A stretch of DNA of 64,000 nucleotides, from NCBI GenBank assembly GCA_001179505.1, contig CDMY01000264.1, positions 62,001 to 126,000 on the forward strand. Reading direction: 5' to 3'. This DNA is from Vitrella brassicaformis CCMP3155 (lineage: Eukaryota > Protista > Chromerida). Positions 11,901-24,515 of this stretch are shown here, one piece after another (position 1 is the stretch's first letter; every line of letters starts with the position of its first letter). A program made the translations under genes and the position numbers. The notes beneath the pieces are model-generated. The model saw only the letters and a program-made list of their open reading frames with translations, did no database searches and was not told the DNA's origin.

Positions 11901-14900
11901 TACGAGCATGCGCAGCTGAATAAACTCCTGGCTGCCTGCAGATTACATCAACTCTCTCGCCGCGCTCGACTGGGTCACGAATGTCACTCTGTCGATGGCA
12001 AACACGCTCTTCAACACAGCCTCCTTCCAAGTGACACTCACCTTCAGCAAAGCCATCGTGGACACCGACTTCTCAACGAAGTTTCTTATCGACAGCTCAC
12101 CTGGTACTCCCAAAAAAGACAGACACATTCGCGCCGACATCTGAGCGTGCTGATTGCAGTGACGGCAATGAGTCTTCAGCGTCTGGGTGCGACTGAGTAC
12201 ACGGCGACATTGGCTGTCCCTGCGAGCAAGGGCGACGGCGATGTGATGGCCGTTGAGTTGGATGAGCGGGCAGTGACGGACACGGACGGGCTCACCAACC
12301 GTGCGTCCAACACTCTCAGTGTCGAATATGGTACGTGTGTCTCCGGGAAGCAGGACACATGCAGGGTGACCCACATTTGTGCATTCCAGATCCAATGCCG
12401 CCTGACATCACGATATCTTCCTCCTCTGCTCCCGCCACGAGACACCAGGACTTCTTTGTCGATGTCGCAGTCTCAGAGGTGCGATGGATATGACATGAAT
12501 GGGCATGCTGATATCAAGACGCACACATCTGTATGTCTCTGTCTCCGTGCATGCAGGTGGTGCAGCCGTTCACGACCAGCATATTCACTGTCGTGAACGC
12601 GGCGATAGTGTCGATGGCCGACAACCCGTCGCAGGCCAACGCCAAGATTCTGGAGGTGCGGGCGGCCACTGAAGGCACAGTCACCATCACAGTCGAGGTT
12701 GGACAAGTCGCTGATATTGTCGGCAACACCAACCACAGGATATCCACGCTCAGCCTCGAATATGGTGAACATGTTCTGCAGCCCGTGTGTCTCGCTTTCA
12801 CACGGGAGAATCTGGGTATGTATCTGTGCGTGCATTTGTGTGCAGATATCACCCCGCCATCTCTGGTCTTCAATCCGGCATCTGTGTCTGCGACTGAGGA
12901 GGCCGTCGGCGTGTCGGTCACATCGAGTGAGGCATCAGACGTCTTCTGCCAGCCGCTGAAGCCAGCTGACATCGCCACATACACCGGTAGGTCGGCGTCT
13001 TTTGCTCGCCCGTGTGGACATGTGGAGACGTGTGATTGTGCAGCGTCGGACTTCGACTTGATCAATGTGCCGCCGGCTACAAGCATCTCGCCAAAGCAGG
13101 AGAGGCGGGCAGTGGGGCCTGCAGCCTTCGCTGGCGCCTTTTCCTTCTCCGCACTGGTGCCTGACACGACCCACAATATATCATGCATTGCGATCGATGT
13201 TGCCGGCAACGTGATGGACAAGGCAGCCGCACTCACCGTCAAGACAACAGGTCCATACATATGAAGCGTACACATCCATACGAGCGTCTCTCTCCGTTTT
13301 ATGCAGCTATTATTCCGCCGCGTGTGCTGGTGCCCAATAGCAACGACACGGTTGTCATCACCAACGACAGGCATCTGCTCACTCTGCACTTCTCCGAAGC
13401 AGTGCGGGACATCAACACGGCCAATATCGTGGTGAGTGGGTCGCTTGGCCACCATGGATATGATGAATGAGAGTGCAGGTGTCCAACGCGGCTTTGATCG
13501 ACAGCAGCATTCGCGAGCAGCTGTATCTGGATCTGGTGCTGGAGGTCTCCACACAAGGGCCTGTGAGCGTCACGCTTAACGAGGGCGCCGTGAGGGACTC
13601 ATACGGCTCAAAGAATATCTTTTACACATATACTGGCCTCTTCTACGGTAGAAGCACAGAAAGGGAGAGAAACCCGCGTGCATTGAATATGTGGCTGCGT
13701 TGCAGACATAGACGAGTGTGCGACGGGCGGCCACAACTGCTCCGACACGTGCCACAACACACTTGGAGGCTTCATCTGCCACTGCCCAGCCAGCGCCCGG
13801 CTTCAGACGGACATGGCAACGTGCCTCGGTCGGTAACTCGTCAGTGAGAAAGCATATGTGCCGACGCATACACATGTTCATCTGTGTCTCTCCCTCGCTG
13901 GAACAGTGCAAGCATCGATCCAATCGGTGGATGTGTCACGCGCGCCACATACGGGAATACAGCTGTCGGTCGCTCTCACGGGCAGCCGGCTCAGCCCAAC
14001 CGACGAGCTGATTCTATTCCCCCTCACCACAGCCACCCCACAAGCGCACTCATCCTCTCTGCTGCAACTGATAAGCACGAACGCAGTCGACACATTCTAC
14101 CTGCTGCCATGCGCCGGCGACACAAACACGACCACGACACTCTCATGCGGTCCGATGGAATACGCCACCCCGCACGGCTACATTGTCGCTCTCTGCCACG
14201 AAGAGTGGATCCCCCTCTCGCCGAACACTCTCCTGCAGCAGAGGTACACGCAGCTGGCGGCAACGCCGGACGCCGTGCTGGCGGGTCAGCTCTCCATCGA
14301 TGGTGGGGAGGTGTCCGGCTCTGCGGCGTGTCAGAGCCTGACCTATCTGATGGACAGCGATCCGTCGGCATTTGTCGAGGAGATTGTGGTCCCTGGCACA
14401 CAGCCGCTGGCCAGTGCATCAGGTGGGTGGGTGGGTACTTTCTCATGTCAGTGCACAAAGATCGAGACTGAAATATGTGTGCGTGTGTGGTAACACAGAG
14501 CCACTCTCGGTCGTCAGCTTTTCCCCGACCACACTCAACGAGGCCGAATTGCAGACGATCAACATTTTGGCAGATGCCTTCGACGTCGGCAGAGACCGCT
14601 TCAAGATAGCGACATGCGGCGAATGCGCCACCTCAGAGGGCTTCGGCCTGACATGTGACTCATCGCTGGTGTGCATCACGGTGGTGCACAGGATCGCCCC
14701 CGAGCTTTGTCTGTGCAAATGCGACGCCTCTCTCACACTCGACGGCGACTGTCTCGCCGACCACAGTTTCTCTCCCGCACATGCAGCCAATTTCACCATC
14801 GTCCCACGTACGTACACATTGATGACTCGATACACGTGATGTACGTGACCTGCCTGTGTGGGGCATTTCAGAGAGCGTGTTTGTGTCGGCGGTCGAGTAC

Positions 14901-17900
14901 GTGGAGCAGAGACACCCCCCACAGACGGGCAGCTCCCTGCAGCTGACAGTGAGGGGCCACCACCTCGACCCAAGCAGAGACAGGCTCGCGCTGGTGCCAA
15001 GCGAAGGAGACGACTTCACATGCGGGGGCGATCAGCAGCCATCGACACTGACTTCACTAATAGTCCACTGCTCATGGTTCACGGAGCACCTTGTGTGCGA
15101 CAATATGACACTTCCCCACGCAGGCAGCTTCAAGGCATGTCTGTGCGACGGCACACAGCAGGGGTCATGTTTGGGAAGCGCAGACTTCTCGATCGAGCCG
15201 GCTGTGGACTCTGTCTTACAAACTTACTCTGGTGTGTGTCGCACGAATGGCATACGCACGACAGAAACACTCATGTCTCTGTCTTTGTTTGCCTGTCTGT
15301 TGCCTGTTGCCATTAGGTATGGTGTGTGGACAGGCATGCGTCACAGCTACTGAGTGTGAGACATTCACGCAGTCTCAGCCCAGCTGCGTAAGCGACGACG
15401 ATTGGTCGTCCGCATGCTGATACAATCCAGCTTTCCTCTCCCCCCTTTCTTTATGCCTGCAGGGACCTCGCTGCGGGAACGGCGTCGTCGAAGCCTCAGA
15501 GGATTGTGATGATGGTGAAGTAAAAATCAAAAAGGTCGCTCAAGCTTTGCCTTGTATTTTTGTGACGCTTTGCAGGCAACAATCTCTCCCAGGATGGATG
15601 CGACAGCCGCTGCAAGACTGAGAGCGGTGACGCTCTGTATCCCCTGCCCCGACTGATCAGCGCCGAGACTTCCTACTCGCCCGCCACAGCCACCGTCTGC
15701 TTCGAGGCGCCCCTTCCCGCACCATTCGACCGAGACCTATGCTCGTCTGTCGACAATATAGGCGTCTTCGGCTCAAAGACGCAGTGCGTGTGGGCCACCC
15801 CGGACAAGCGGTGCATTCTGATTATCTCGGGGGGCCATGACGCCACGATTAAACACAACCATGGCTCGATCAAGTCGGCCCTCAGATCGTTCGACGCCGT
15901 GCACTTTGAAGCGGGCGCGTCGATGGACACATTGGTGCCGACATCGAGGGTGGTGGCTGCAGACAGTATGTCGCTGTGCTCTGGGTCAAGTGAGCCTCTG
16001 CGGATTGACATATACACAGGGGGCAGCGGCGGGCGGCGGGTCTTGTACATGTTCAGCAGCGACATCCCCGAGCTGGCAAACACACTCAACCAAAACTCAG
16101 GCAAGCCAACCACACGTCATCGTCACACTCACGTAATGAGTGGTGTCTCGTGTGCACACAGGCTGGTGGCCGGCAGCCACCACAATCGAGGTCCCTCACT
16201 CCGTCCTCTCGCAAATACATGAGGCTGGTGAAGACACATTGACATCGACCATATCGGCAGAGAACTATCTCGGCATCTCGACAAAGCAGACAGTGGCAGT
16301 GGGGCTCATGAAGGATGTCTGCTGCGAGATGCCTACTCTGAGGACGACACGCACCACACTGTCATTTTCCCCGACGGGCCAGATGCGATTGCGGGCATAT
16401 CCACACTCACACGGAAATGGCAACCCGGAATCAATCGCGGGGGTCACCTGGAGGGCGCACTCACGCACTGCGCCGTGGACGGTGATCGATCTGACGGGCC
16501 AAGACATGTCTCGGGACAAACTTACTGTGCGAGTTGACACCAACGATGTCTTCAGCAGCCGCGAGGAATTCATTGGCCGGGTGTTCGATGTGTATGCTAA
16601 CATCTCTACAACGACAGGCTGTGAAAGACGCGCCAGTTTCGAGGTCAAGATCGACAAATACGGCGCTCCTGATCTTCATCTTCATCTCCAGCCACCTCTG
16701 ACAGTCGCCCTATCTGCAGCCAGCAGCCGGCCACTTGTTACCGAATGGTTCTGTGTGTGGACACCTCTCAGCGGCAGCAGCCCCTTCGCCGTGTCGTCCA
16801 CCCGATCGATGCCCTTCCATTCGGCACCCGAGCTGCTGCTGCGATCGCTGAGGCATGACGCGCCCATCCACGACTGTCTTGACCGCTCTTTGCTGGCAAG
16901 CGGCTCTTCTGTGGTGCCCCTCGATCCCACTGGCACTGCGGACGGGACATTCACCCTCGATATGGGGAGTGTCGCAGACGGCGTGTATGTGTTTGCCGTC
17001 GAGGCGAGCCAGGAAATGGGCGAGGGCGCTGTGGTCGGTGGCGCAGTGACAGTGTCGTCTTCTGGCAATGAAGTCTCTTTCCGGCACATTGACAGGAGCA
17101 TCGAAATGCCATTGTCGTCTCACGCTGTGGATCTGGGGACGAGTGCCCCCACCACACTGACGCCTTTGGTGTCTTACGGCCGCGTACAAGCAGAGGAGGT
17201 CTTTGCCGAGGAGATATCGCTGGCCAACGGGAGCGTCCCCGCCGGCACGCTGCACCCCGGATGGATCTACCACGCTCAGACCGACGACTGGCACACAAAC
17301 ATACGCGCCACGCTGTTCCCCTTCGCTGGGTCGTTGCGCGCCGATCCGCGTTCTGGCGGTGTGGTCATGGTCGAGCAATATGGTTGGGAAGTTGATCCAG
17401 CTGCAAAGGAAACCGGAAGAGAGACATACACCCTCTATCTGACGGACTCTTACCCAATCACGGCTGAGACACGGATACAGACGCTCTCGTTCAATCGCTT
17501 GGAGCCTTCTCTGCTCGTCTATGTGAACAAAGGCGACTACTTTGTACATTCGAAGCTCACGGACGCGCTTGGGTCGACCTGCTTCCTGGAGTGTGTGGGA
17601 GACGCGGATCTTGATTGGTCGGCGACATCGCTGTGTGACCCTGGGTGGGACAGACATCGGCCGACGATATGTCCGTTTGTGCGGGTGAAGGTTGTTGAGG
17701 GCATTGCGACGCTGGCAGACATCATGGGCCTGCTGGACGCGATGAGACACACTGATGTAGGGGACAGAGAAAGAGAGAGCCCTCTCACGTATCTCTCTCC
17801 CTATGTATGTCTGTGTATGGATGGCAGGATTCAGCAGAGATAGCCTCGGCTGTCATCGCCGCATGTGACACCCTCTCCTCTCTCGGCCAGCAGGCCGTCT

Positions 17901-20900
17901 CGCCATCCCTCCTCAACGACATGCTCGACTTCCTCACGGCCATGTCGAAGGCCACACACCCAGCAAACAGGGAGGAAGATCAAATACTGGTCGGCGAGGC
18001 GGCCGAGCGGCTTGCCATCCTAGCAGGCGAGAGCAGCTACACCCTCAGTGCTCATGAGCTTGTCACGTTTCTGACCAAGCTGACTCGACTGATTCAGCCG
18101 ACCAACAAGAGGAGCGCTGCACTCTTGCTGCGGATCCTGCCGGCGGTGATGGGTGCGTTGGCGAGGGAGGGGGTCTTCCCCGATGACAATGAGGGCAGTA
18201 CTGCAGACAACAGCAACGCGACTCAGGCTGTGGCCAGAGATGCGTTGGCTCTGATGGTGAGTGATGGGATGAAACCCCAAATATGCGGTGGATGTGAATA
18301 AGTGCTTGTATCACGTGGATGCTGCAGGAAGATGTGTACGAAAATGTGACGGCGCTGGCGTATCGATACTCCCTGCCAGTGTGGTACATGCAGCACCAGT
18401 TCTCCATCTACATGCGGCAGTACACCGACGACGACATGAGACACGGCGTCGATAGGGTGGGCGTTTGAGGAACAGAGACAGCGCACACGCACACACAAGA
18501 GCGATGCCTGTCCATGTCTCTCTCGCTGTTTAGGGGCGTGTTGCCATCCCCCGGCTGCCCATCGACGCCCTCCGAAAATCGTACGCATACACACATGCAC
18601 ATACACATACACAAAAGCAATCTTCATTCATTCATTCATGCATGCAGATGCACCAAGTTGCAGAGGCTGCCCAATCCGCCAGATTGCTCCAATGTCCCCC
18701 ACAACATGCACATGACGCTCGTTCAATTCCCGGCCAACCCCCTGCTGGTCAAACACAACCCAGCCAATGTCTCTGTGATCAGCGAGACCCTCACCGTCGA
18801 CCTCTGGATTGACGTTATACGGGTGCCTCGTGTGAATGTGACTGCTGATGCGCCTGTAATGGTGTCGTTTACTCTACCTGCGGGAACGCCGAGGGGCCGA
18901 GCCTTCTGCATGTACTTTGACGAGGGCAGCCAGACGTACGTGGACGCCGGATGCCGAGTGACAGCCACAACATGGGTACGCATACCTGTATCGGTCAGAG
19001 TCAGATACTTGGGTGTGTGTGCAGGTGGTGCAGTGTGCTTGTACGCACATGTCCTCGTTCACGGCGGCGATCGAGGCGCTGGTGCCTTTACCGGCAGAAG
19101 AGGAGGACGAGTCGCCGCCGGCATTTGACACCACCCTGCTGCTTAACATGCTGCTCGCCGGTACGTATACATGACTGAATGGGTGTGCGTCCATGCAACA
19201 CCTCTGTGTGTGTGTGTGTGTGTGTGTGTCTCTCAGGGAACATCGGGTTTTGGTGGCTACAAAACAGGACTGATATGTGTGTATGCATTGACATTACATA
19301 TGAACACGATGTCTTTCAGGTTCACCATCGCGACTACGATGCTCTACAAGTTCCCTGTTCTCTCTTTGTGGCTGCGGGTGAGCGAGATTGCACCTCCGTG
19401 TCCATGCTCGATCATATGTCTCCGTGTGTGTGTTCAGGATCGTGTCGACTGGGCTCCCGTCGAGGACCGGCTCAAATTCTTCTTCCGTGACCGGTATCCA
19501 TGTTGGTCCAGACGTCGGTCCGTCTCCCTGCAGATGCAACAGTCTTTTGCATGGATGCAGATGGGAAAGGACTAACTACGACGTCCCCATCTGTATCTGC
19601 ATACCCTTCATGAGAATTCTGGTAGGCACACACGGACACAGAGAGCGCGCATCCTGTCACGTGTATGTCATGAGTAGGGCTGTCTGTCCGTTGGTCCGAT
19701 CTACCTGAGCCGTCGGCGAGCGATTCTCTTCCCCCTGCTGCCTCTGTTCCTCATGTGGAGCCTGCTCAAGTGGCTGGCCAGGGGCTGCCGACACGCAAAG
19801 CGCAAAGAGAGAGACGCACAATCGCCAAACGATCCTGTACACACACAGACCCATAGGCAGGCAGCAAGCGCATCTGTAAATATTCTTCGTCATGTGACAT
19901 TACGCATGCAGGTGTTTGAGCATCGGCGCAGGAAGCGCCAGTCGCATTACAGGGATGACTACGAGAGCGCGGCGTGGCAGTGGGACGTGTGGGACGATGA
20001 ACTGCAGACCAACGACACTGGCGGACACGGTGAGTGACGAATCGACCGGTCTTTTCCTGTGCCCAGACGAGCGTGTGTCTGTGTCTCTTGACGCAGACGG
20101 TAGGATGATAGCCGCGGCCATCCAAGCAGAGCCGGAGTGGTCCTCAATAATCGACCAGGCAGGCATTCAGCCACATATACACGCCTGCACGCCTCTCTTG
20201 GTCGGTGAACTGGTGGGCTGGTGGATGGGTGGGTCAATATATGCAGGATTTGGAGATGCACGTGGCTCAGTCGGCGTCGATGAAGCCGAGCATGCAGCGG
20301 TGGCAGTCGGACGAGATTAAAAGAATGCGGTCCATGATGACGTTCGACGACAACAGAAGCGGCTGTGGACTCGAACCCATTCACGTACGGAAACACATCA
20401 AAGTCATTCACACACGCACATACACGTCGATCCGCAATGCAGGAGGGAATCGGCGAAGACCCTGAGCAGCAGCAGCAGCAGGTTGAGGTGCGTACACAGA
20501 CATGGTCGCGCTGCAGGTAAGAAACGTATCTGTATGTCCATCTGTGCAGGAGTCCGGCGAGCAGCAGCATCTCCCTCGGTCCAAGAAGAGCGTCTTCATG
20601 CACCGATTCACCAACATGCAGAAGCAGCTCGCCGCATCACTCGCTACCGTGCGCTCTTGCAGGTGTGCATCCATCCCACACAAAACGCAAACACGCGTGC
20701 GTACTTGGTTGTATGTGGCTGCCGCACCCATGGACCAACAGAGACAGGAAGGCCTTGCGAGAGAAGAAGGCTGTCAGGCCCTTCGAGCTGCACGTGCTCA
20801 AGGAGATAGAGATGCAGAAGTACGGCAAGATTGCCGATCGGCTGCAGCACACGCACGAGGGCACGAGACGCCAAAGGTTCCTCATGAGCAAGCAGCAGAA

Positions 20901-23900
20901 AGAGCAGGAGCGCCTCGAGCAGCTCGACATGCTCCTCACACAAGCGCAGATCGACCTCAACCTCGCCACGACACACAACACCGAGTCCCAGAGGCGAGAG
21001 CATGCCCAGAAGAAGGAGCACGTGAGGCTGCAGAAGCTCATCGAAGAGGAAACATCCCTCCCGCCGCCCGCGGCCGTCAGCGTGCAGGTGGTTTCTGGCC
21101 TGGAGGAAGACCTCAGAGACGTCGACCTTCGCGCAATCGCCAGTAGACACGTCCGGGAGACACCAGGTACACATAAACAGATGAGTGCGGATGCATCGAC
21201 ATATGTCTGTGTGTCGTGTGTTAGGCGGTGAGGGAGAGAAGAGTCACCCGAGAGACCTGCACGAGTACCAGCGAGCGGAGGCATTCTACATGTGGGTGTC
21301 AGCAAGCGGCCGCGACCTCTGTCTACACCCCGCTTCACACTTCAGAGAGAGAAAGGTAGCTCCCAAACTCAGTTGGATACACACGAACACACAAGAATTG
21401 TGTGCGTTGGATGTGTCTCTCTCAGTGGAGAGGTTGGGTAGACTGGAGTGGGCCCCTGAAAGTGATTGACATTGACACCATTGAGATGATCCTGCAGGAG
21501 GATGGTGATGGAACCATCACTGAAGAGATCGAGGGGAATGGAGAGGCGGCATACAATCAACGGTCGCCGCCCATCATTGCCCTTTACGGCCGGGAGCCAT
21601 TGACTCAGAAACAGCACATGTATGTGCGCCACAGACGTGCGGAAGCCCACACACAAGCGATCGGGTAGATATGTGCGTCTTGGTCTACACGCAGGATTCT
21701 AAAGCTGAGACCCACCAATATGGAACAAGACCAAGACACCCAAACACACGACGAGACCAATGACGCCGAGCCGAGGCGATCGTCCAAAGTGCGTTTCCAT
21801 GCGTTCGTACCTTCATCCATCCCCCATACACACTGACGACTGTGTCTCTTCCATGCAGATTCCCATCTGGTTGAAGCTTTACGACTTCTTCGATCTCGCC
21901 CCGCCCCACGTCAAGAAAGACGAGCACGTGCAGACGGTGCCCAGCGGCATGACCGCTCTCGAGCGCTTCCTCTTCGCGGCCAAGCACTCGCGCGAGAGCG
22001 CCATGAAGGCGTGGAAGGAGCTGTCACTGAGCGGCGGGCAGCAGGTGGAGAGGCGGCCGGAGCAGCAGACGAGCTGGTTCACTTACGAGGGACCTCTCCC
22101 TTGCTCGGCGTGCTTCTGTAAGCCTGTCCATCTGTCAACGGTGAAAAGGCTTGACACCCTTTCTGCTGCTCTGCTGCCTTCAGGTCTTGTCAACGGCAAG
22201 CCAGCACATCTCTGGTGGACACATGACGGCTTGGTTAGTGACACTCACAAGGACACAAAGGATGCGTGACATCCATTTGTGTGTGTGTGTCGGCACAGGT
22301 GCTCAACACAGAGAAGGTGGATGCATCGGAGCTGCTGCCTGGCCCAGAGGGGGAAGAGGGACATGCAGAGACACAGGGAGAAGAAAGGAGAGAGTTGATC
22401 CACGGCCACTTCCTTGAAGACATTGTCGATGTCAGCGAGCAAGCCGGCAATGTGCACCTGACCTTCAAGGACCAGGCCGAGATGACGGTGAGTGGACAGG
22501 CACACACACGAAGGGCGATCATGTCTCACTGGTGTGGTCTCATTCTTGCGTTGCATCTTCTGGCCGGTCAGATCACCTTCCTGGACGCCCTGTCAGCTGA
22601 TGGCTTTGCCCGGCTCGTCCGACACCTGCAGAAAGTGGTCTCTGCATGCACAATTACGTCAAGCATGTCCACGTGTACATTGGCTGATTTCCTGCAGGTG
22701 TTGCAAGCCCTGACAGCCGCGCCAGCTGACGCATCGACCAATGCAGGCGATGTCACCCATAGGTCGGCCGTCACGTCGATCGTCACCGCCACACCGAGAA
22801 TGCTGGAGCCTCCCGAGCCGTACGTGGCGCAAAATCTGCAGGTGCGAGAATACGCATGTGTCCAGCGTGACAGAGAGCAGGGTTGGCTGTGTGTCAGGCT
22901 GAGGCGATTGCAGGTCGGTTGCGATATCAGCGGTGGAAGAATCGGAAGATATTTGACCACGTCGTGAGGCGAGATCACCCCCTGCTTTCCGTGTACGTAC
23001 GGAAGAGACACGATCATAAGAGAACAGAACAGACACAGTGTGTATCGATTCAGGCTTGCGTATGATCCCTTCATCACGCGTGCGCAGCGGTTTGCTGTGC
23101 TGGAGGCTTCGCTGATCGGCATCCTGCTGTGGGCGTCGCTCTTCTACAGGAATGAGTGCTCACTGGCGAAAGAGGTGGGATACCCATGTCTCCACGTGTA
23201 TGATTGGGTGTACATGTCTGTATGTGTGTGTGTGAGTTTGGCTGGCAGATCGATGACTATCACACCCACCTGACCAATCTGTGCTCGACGCCGTCAGTCT
23301 CCTACATGTACGTGAGGCCCAGACACACACAGCCAATACCCGCACAACGCTTCCGTGTGTGCCGGTATGCACTGTGCAGGCCGAGTGTCGAGTCAATACT
23401 CGTCAGTCTGCGGTCGACGGCCCTCTCCCTGCTCGTACCAACTATCCTCTACGGGCTTTTCTCCAAATTTATCATCGAGGTAAGCCACCCACACAACGGT
23501 AAGAGACACACGAGTCATATACGGAGGGTTTGGTACATGCACCCACAGGATTTGCTGCTGCCGGCTGAGAAGTCGTTCCAAATGCGTAGTTGGGAAATGA
23601 TGGACATCGCTGGATGGACACTGTGGACCACGTGGAATATCTCGTGTGTTGTGTGGCTCATCATCTTTGTCATGGTAAGAGCGAGTATATGCAGACATGA
23701 ATGGAGGGAAAGAAAACGGGAGTGTTTGTGTGCTGACAATGTGTGTCTCATTTGTACAGGGTGTGGACGATGGCCTGATGGGCCAGTGGATATGGGCGTC
23801 GTCACTTGGGCTCGCATACAGGCAAATGCACACGGGACACACACTCACCCTCACACATGTGCATCCATGTCTCTCTTGTTCCATCAATGCGTCAATTTCA

Positions 23901-24375
23901 GGCTTGTGTTGATCCCTGGGCTGAGCATCCTGTGCGTCACGGCCATCCTGATCCTCACCAAATACATCTCTGTGTTGGACCCCATCATCCTGCTGGTGCC
24001 CTCTCTCGTAGACTTCCCGCACTCCAGCAGACGTAGAAGGCGAAAGCAGCTCCCCACGCCCGACTATGTACGCATCGATTCCCCACCCACAGACGCAACA
24101 CACGTATATGCGCTCCCGCGTGTTCGCAGATCGAGCACAAGAAAGATGACCTCGAGCATGGCGAGCAGCAGGATCCACTGGTCAACGACTCCCCATTGAG
24201 TCAGGAGAGCCCTTCTCTCGGATCATCCGAGCAGGAAGAGTTGCATGGCGTAGTGAGGCCGGCAGATCACACAAGGCTCTCGCCGACCACACACGGCAGA
24301 CGGCCGTCCAACACAGATAGGCGCCAGTCGGACAGCGCACGGGTGTCAGTGCGCAGCTCGCTGGGCGAAATATGA
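8904..24375 (+). CDS. Giant polycystin-1/REJ-GPS-like multi-pass receptor, paralog A
   Basis: Signal peptide [28 protein letters not shown]; repeated Ig-like beta domains ([33 protein letters not shown]); EGF-Ca; Cys-rich blocks; DUF4215-type repeat; long exon 16140-17750 (REJ-like); GPS motif; TM helices including [37 protein letters not shown]; ends SLGEI*. Colinear with paralog B, with shared intron positions in the first two exons. Confidence 0.8.
13706..13828 (+). other. Calcium-binding EGF domain exon (paralog A)
   Basis: [40 protein letters not shown] fits the EGF_CA consensus. Paralog B has VNECAASSMNNCSDVCVDRLNGFECQCSGTARLEDDQSTC at ~57590-57710. Confidence 0.9.
15463..15625 (+). 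other. Myxococcus-type cysteine-rich repeat (DUF4215-like), paralog A
   Basis: Spliced [16 protein letters not shown]|[15 protein letters not shown]. Paralog B has RCGNGMIEGGEQC|DDSNRFSQDGCSTFCTLD at ~55750-55915. Confidence 0.8.
18895..19065 (+). other. GPS (GAIN autoproteolysis) motif, paralog A
   Basis: [24 protein letters not shown]|..[13 protein letters not shown] fits the GPS pattern C-x-(W/Y/F)...C...C-x-C-x-H-(L)-(T/S)-x-F, followed shortly by a hydrophobic segment. Confidence 0.85.
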
Positions 24376-24515
24376 TCTGGAGTAGCTGCATCCGTGTCGG
24401 TAGCGTTTGGTACCCAGGTAGATACACGATAGCGGGAGAGAGAGGTACAGACAACTGGATGAGTGTAGTCAGCCGGGAGTTCATTTGCGTTCATGGTTTC
24501 ACAATGTGGTAGACA

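Noticed and set aside
12514-17750. Long - strand ORFs 12514-13554 and 16710-17750, and + strand ORF 53045-53572
   Set aside because: They lie antisense to receptor exons, and GC-rich coding sequence commonly yields open antisense frames.
20160-20246. Possible second GC-AG intron in receptor A (GACCAG|GCAGGC)
   Set aside because: An in-frame GT donor 45 nt downstream is also compatible, so it cannot be decided from sequence alone.
22900-24375. A full polycystin/TRP cation-channel domain in the receptors
   Set aside because: Only a few TM helices follow the TRAQR segment before a short tail; no large extracellular TOP loop or pore motif was recognisable.
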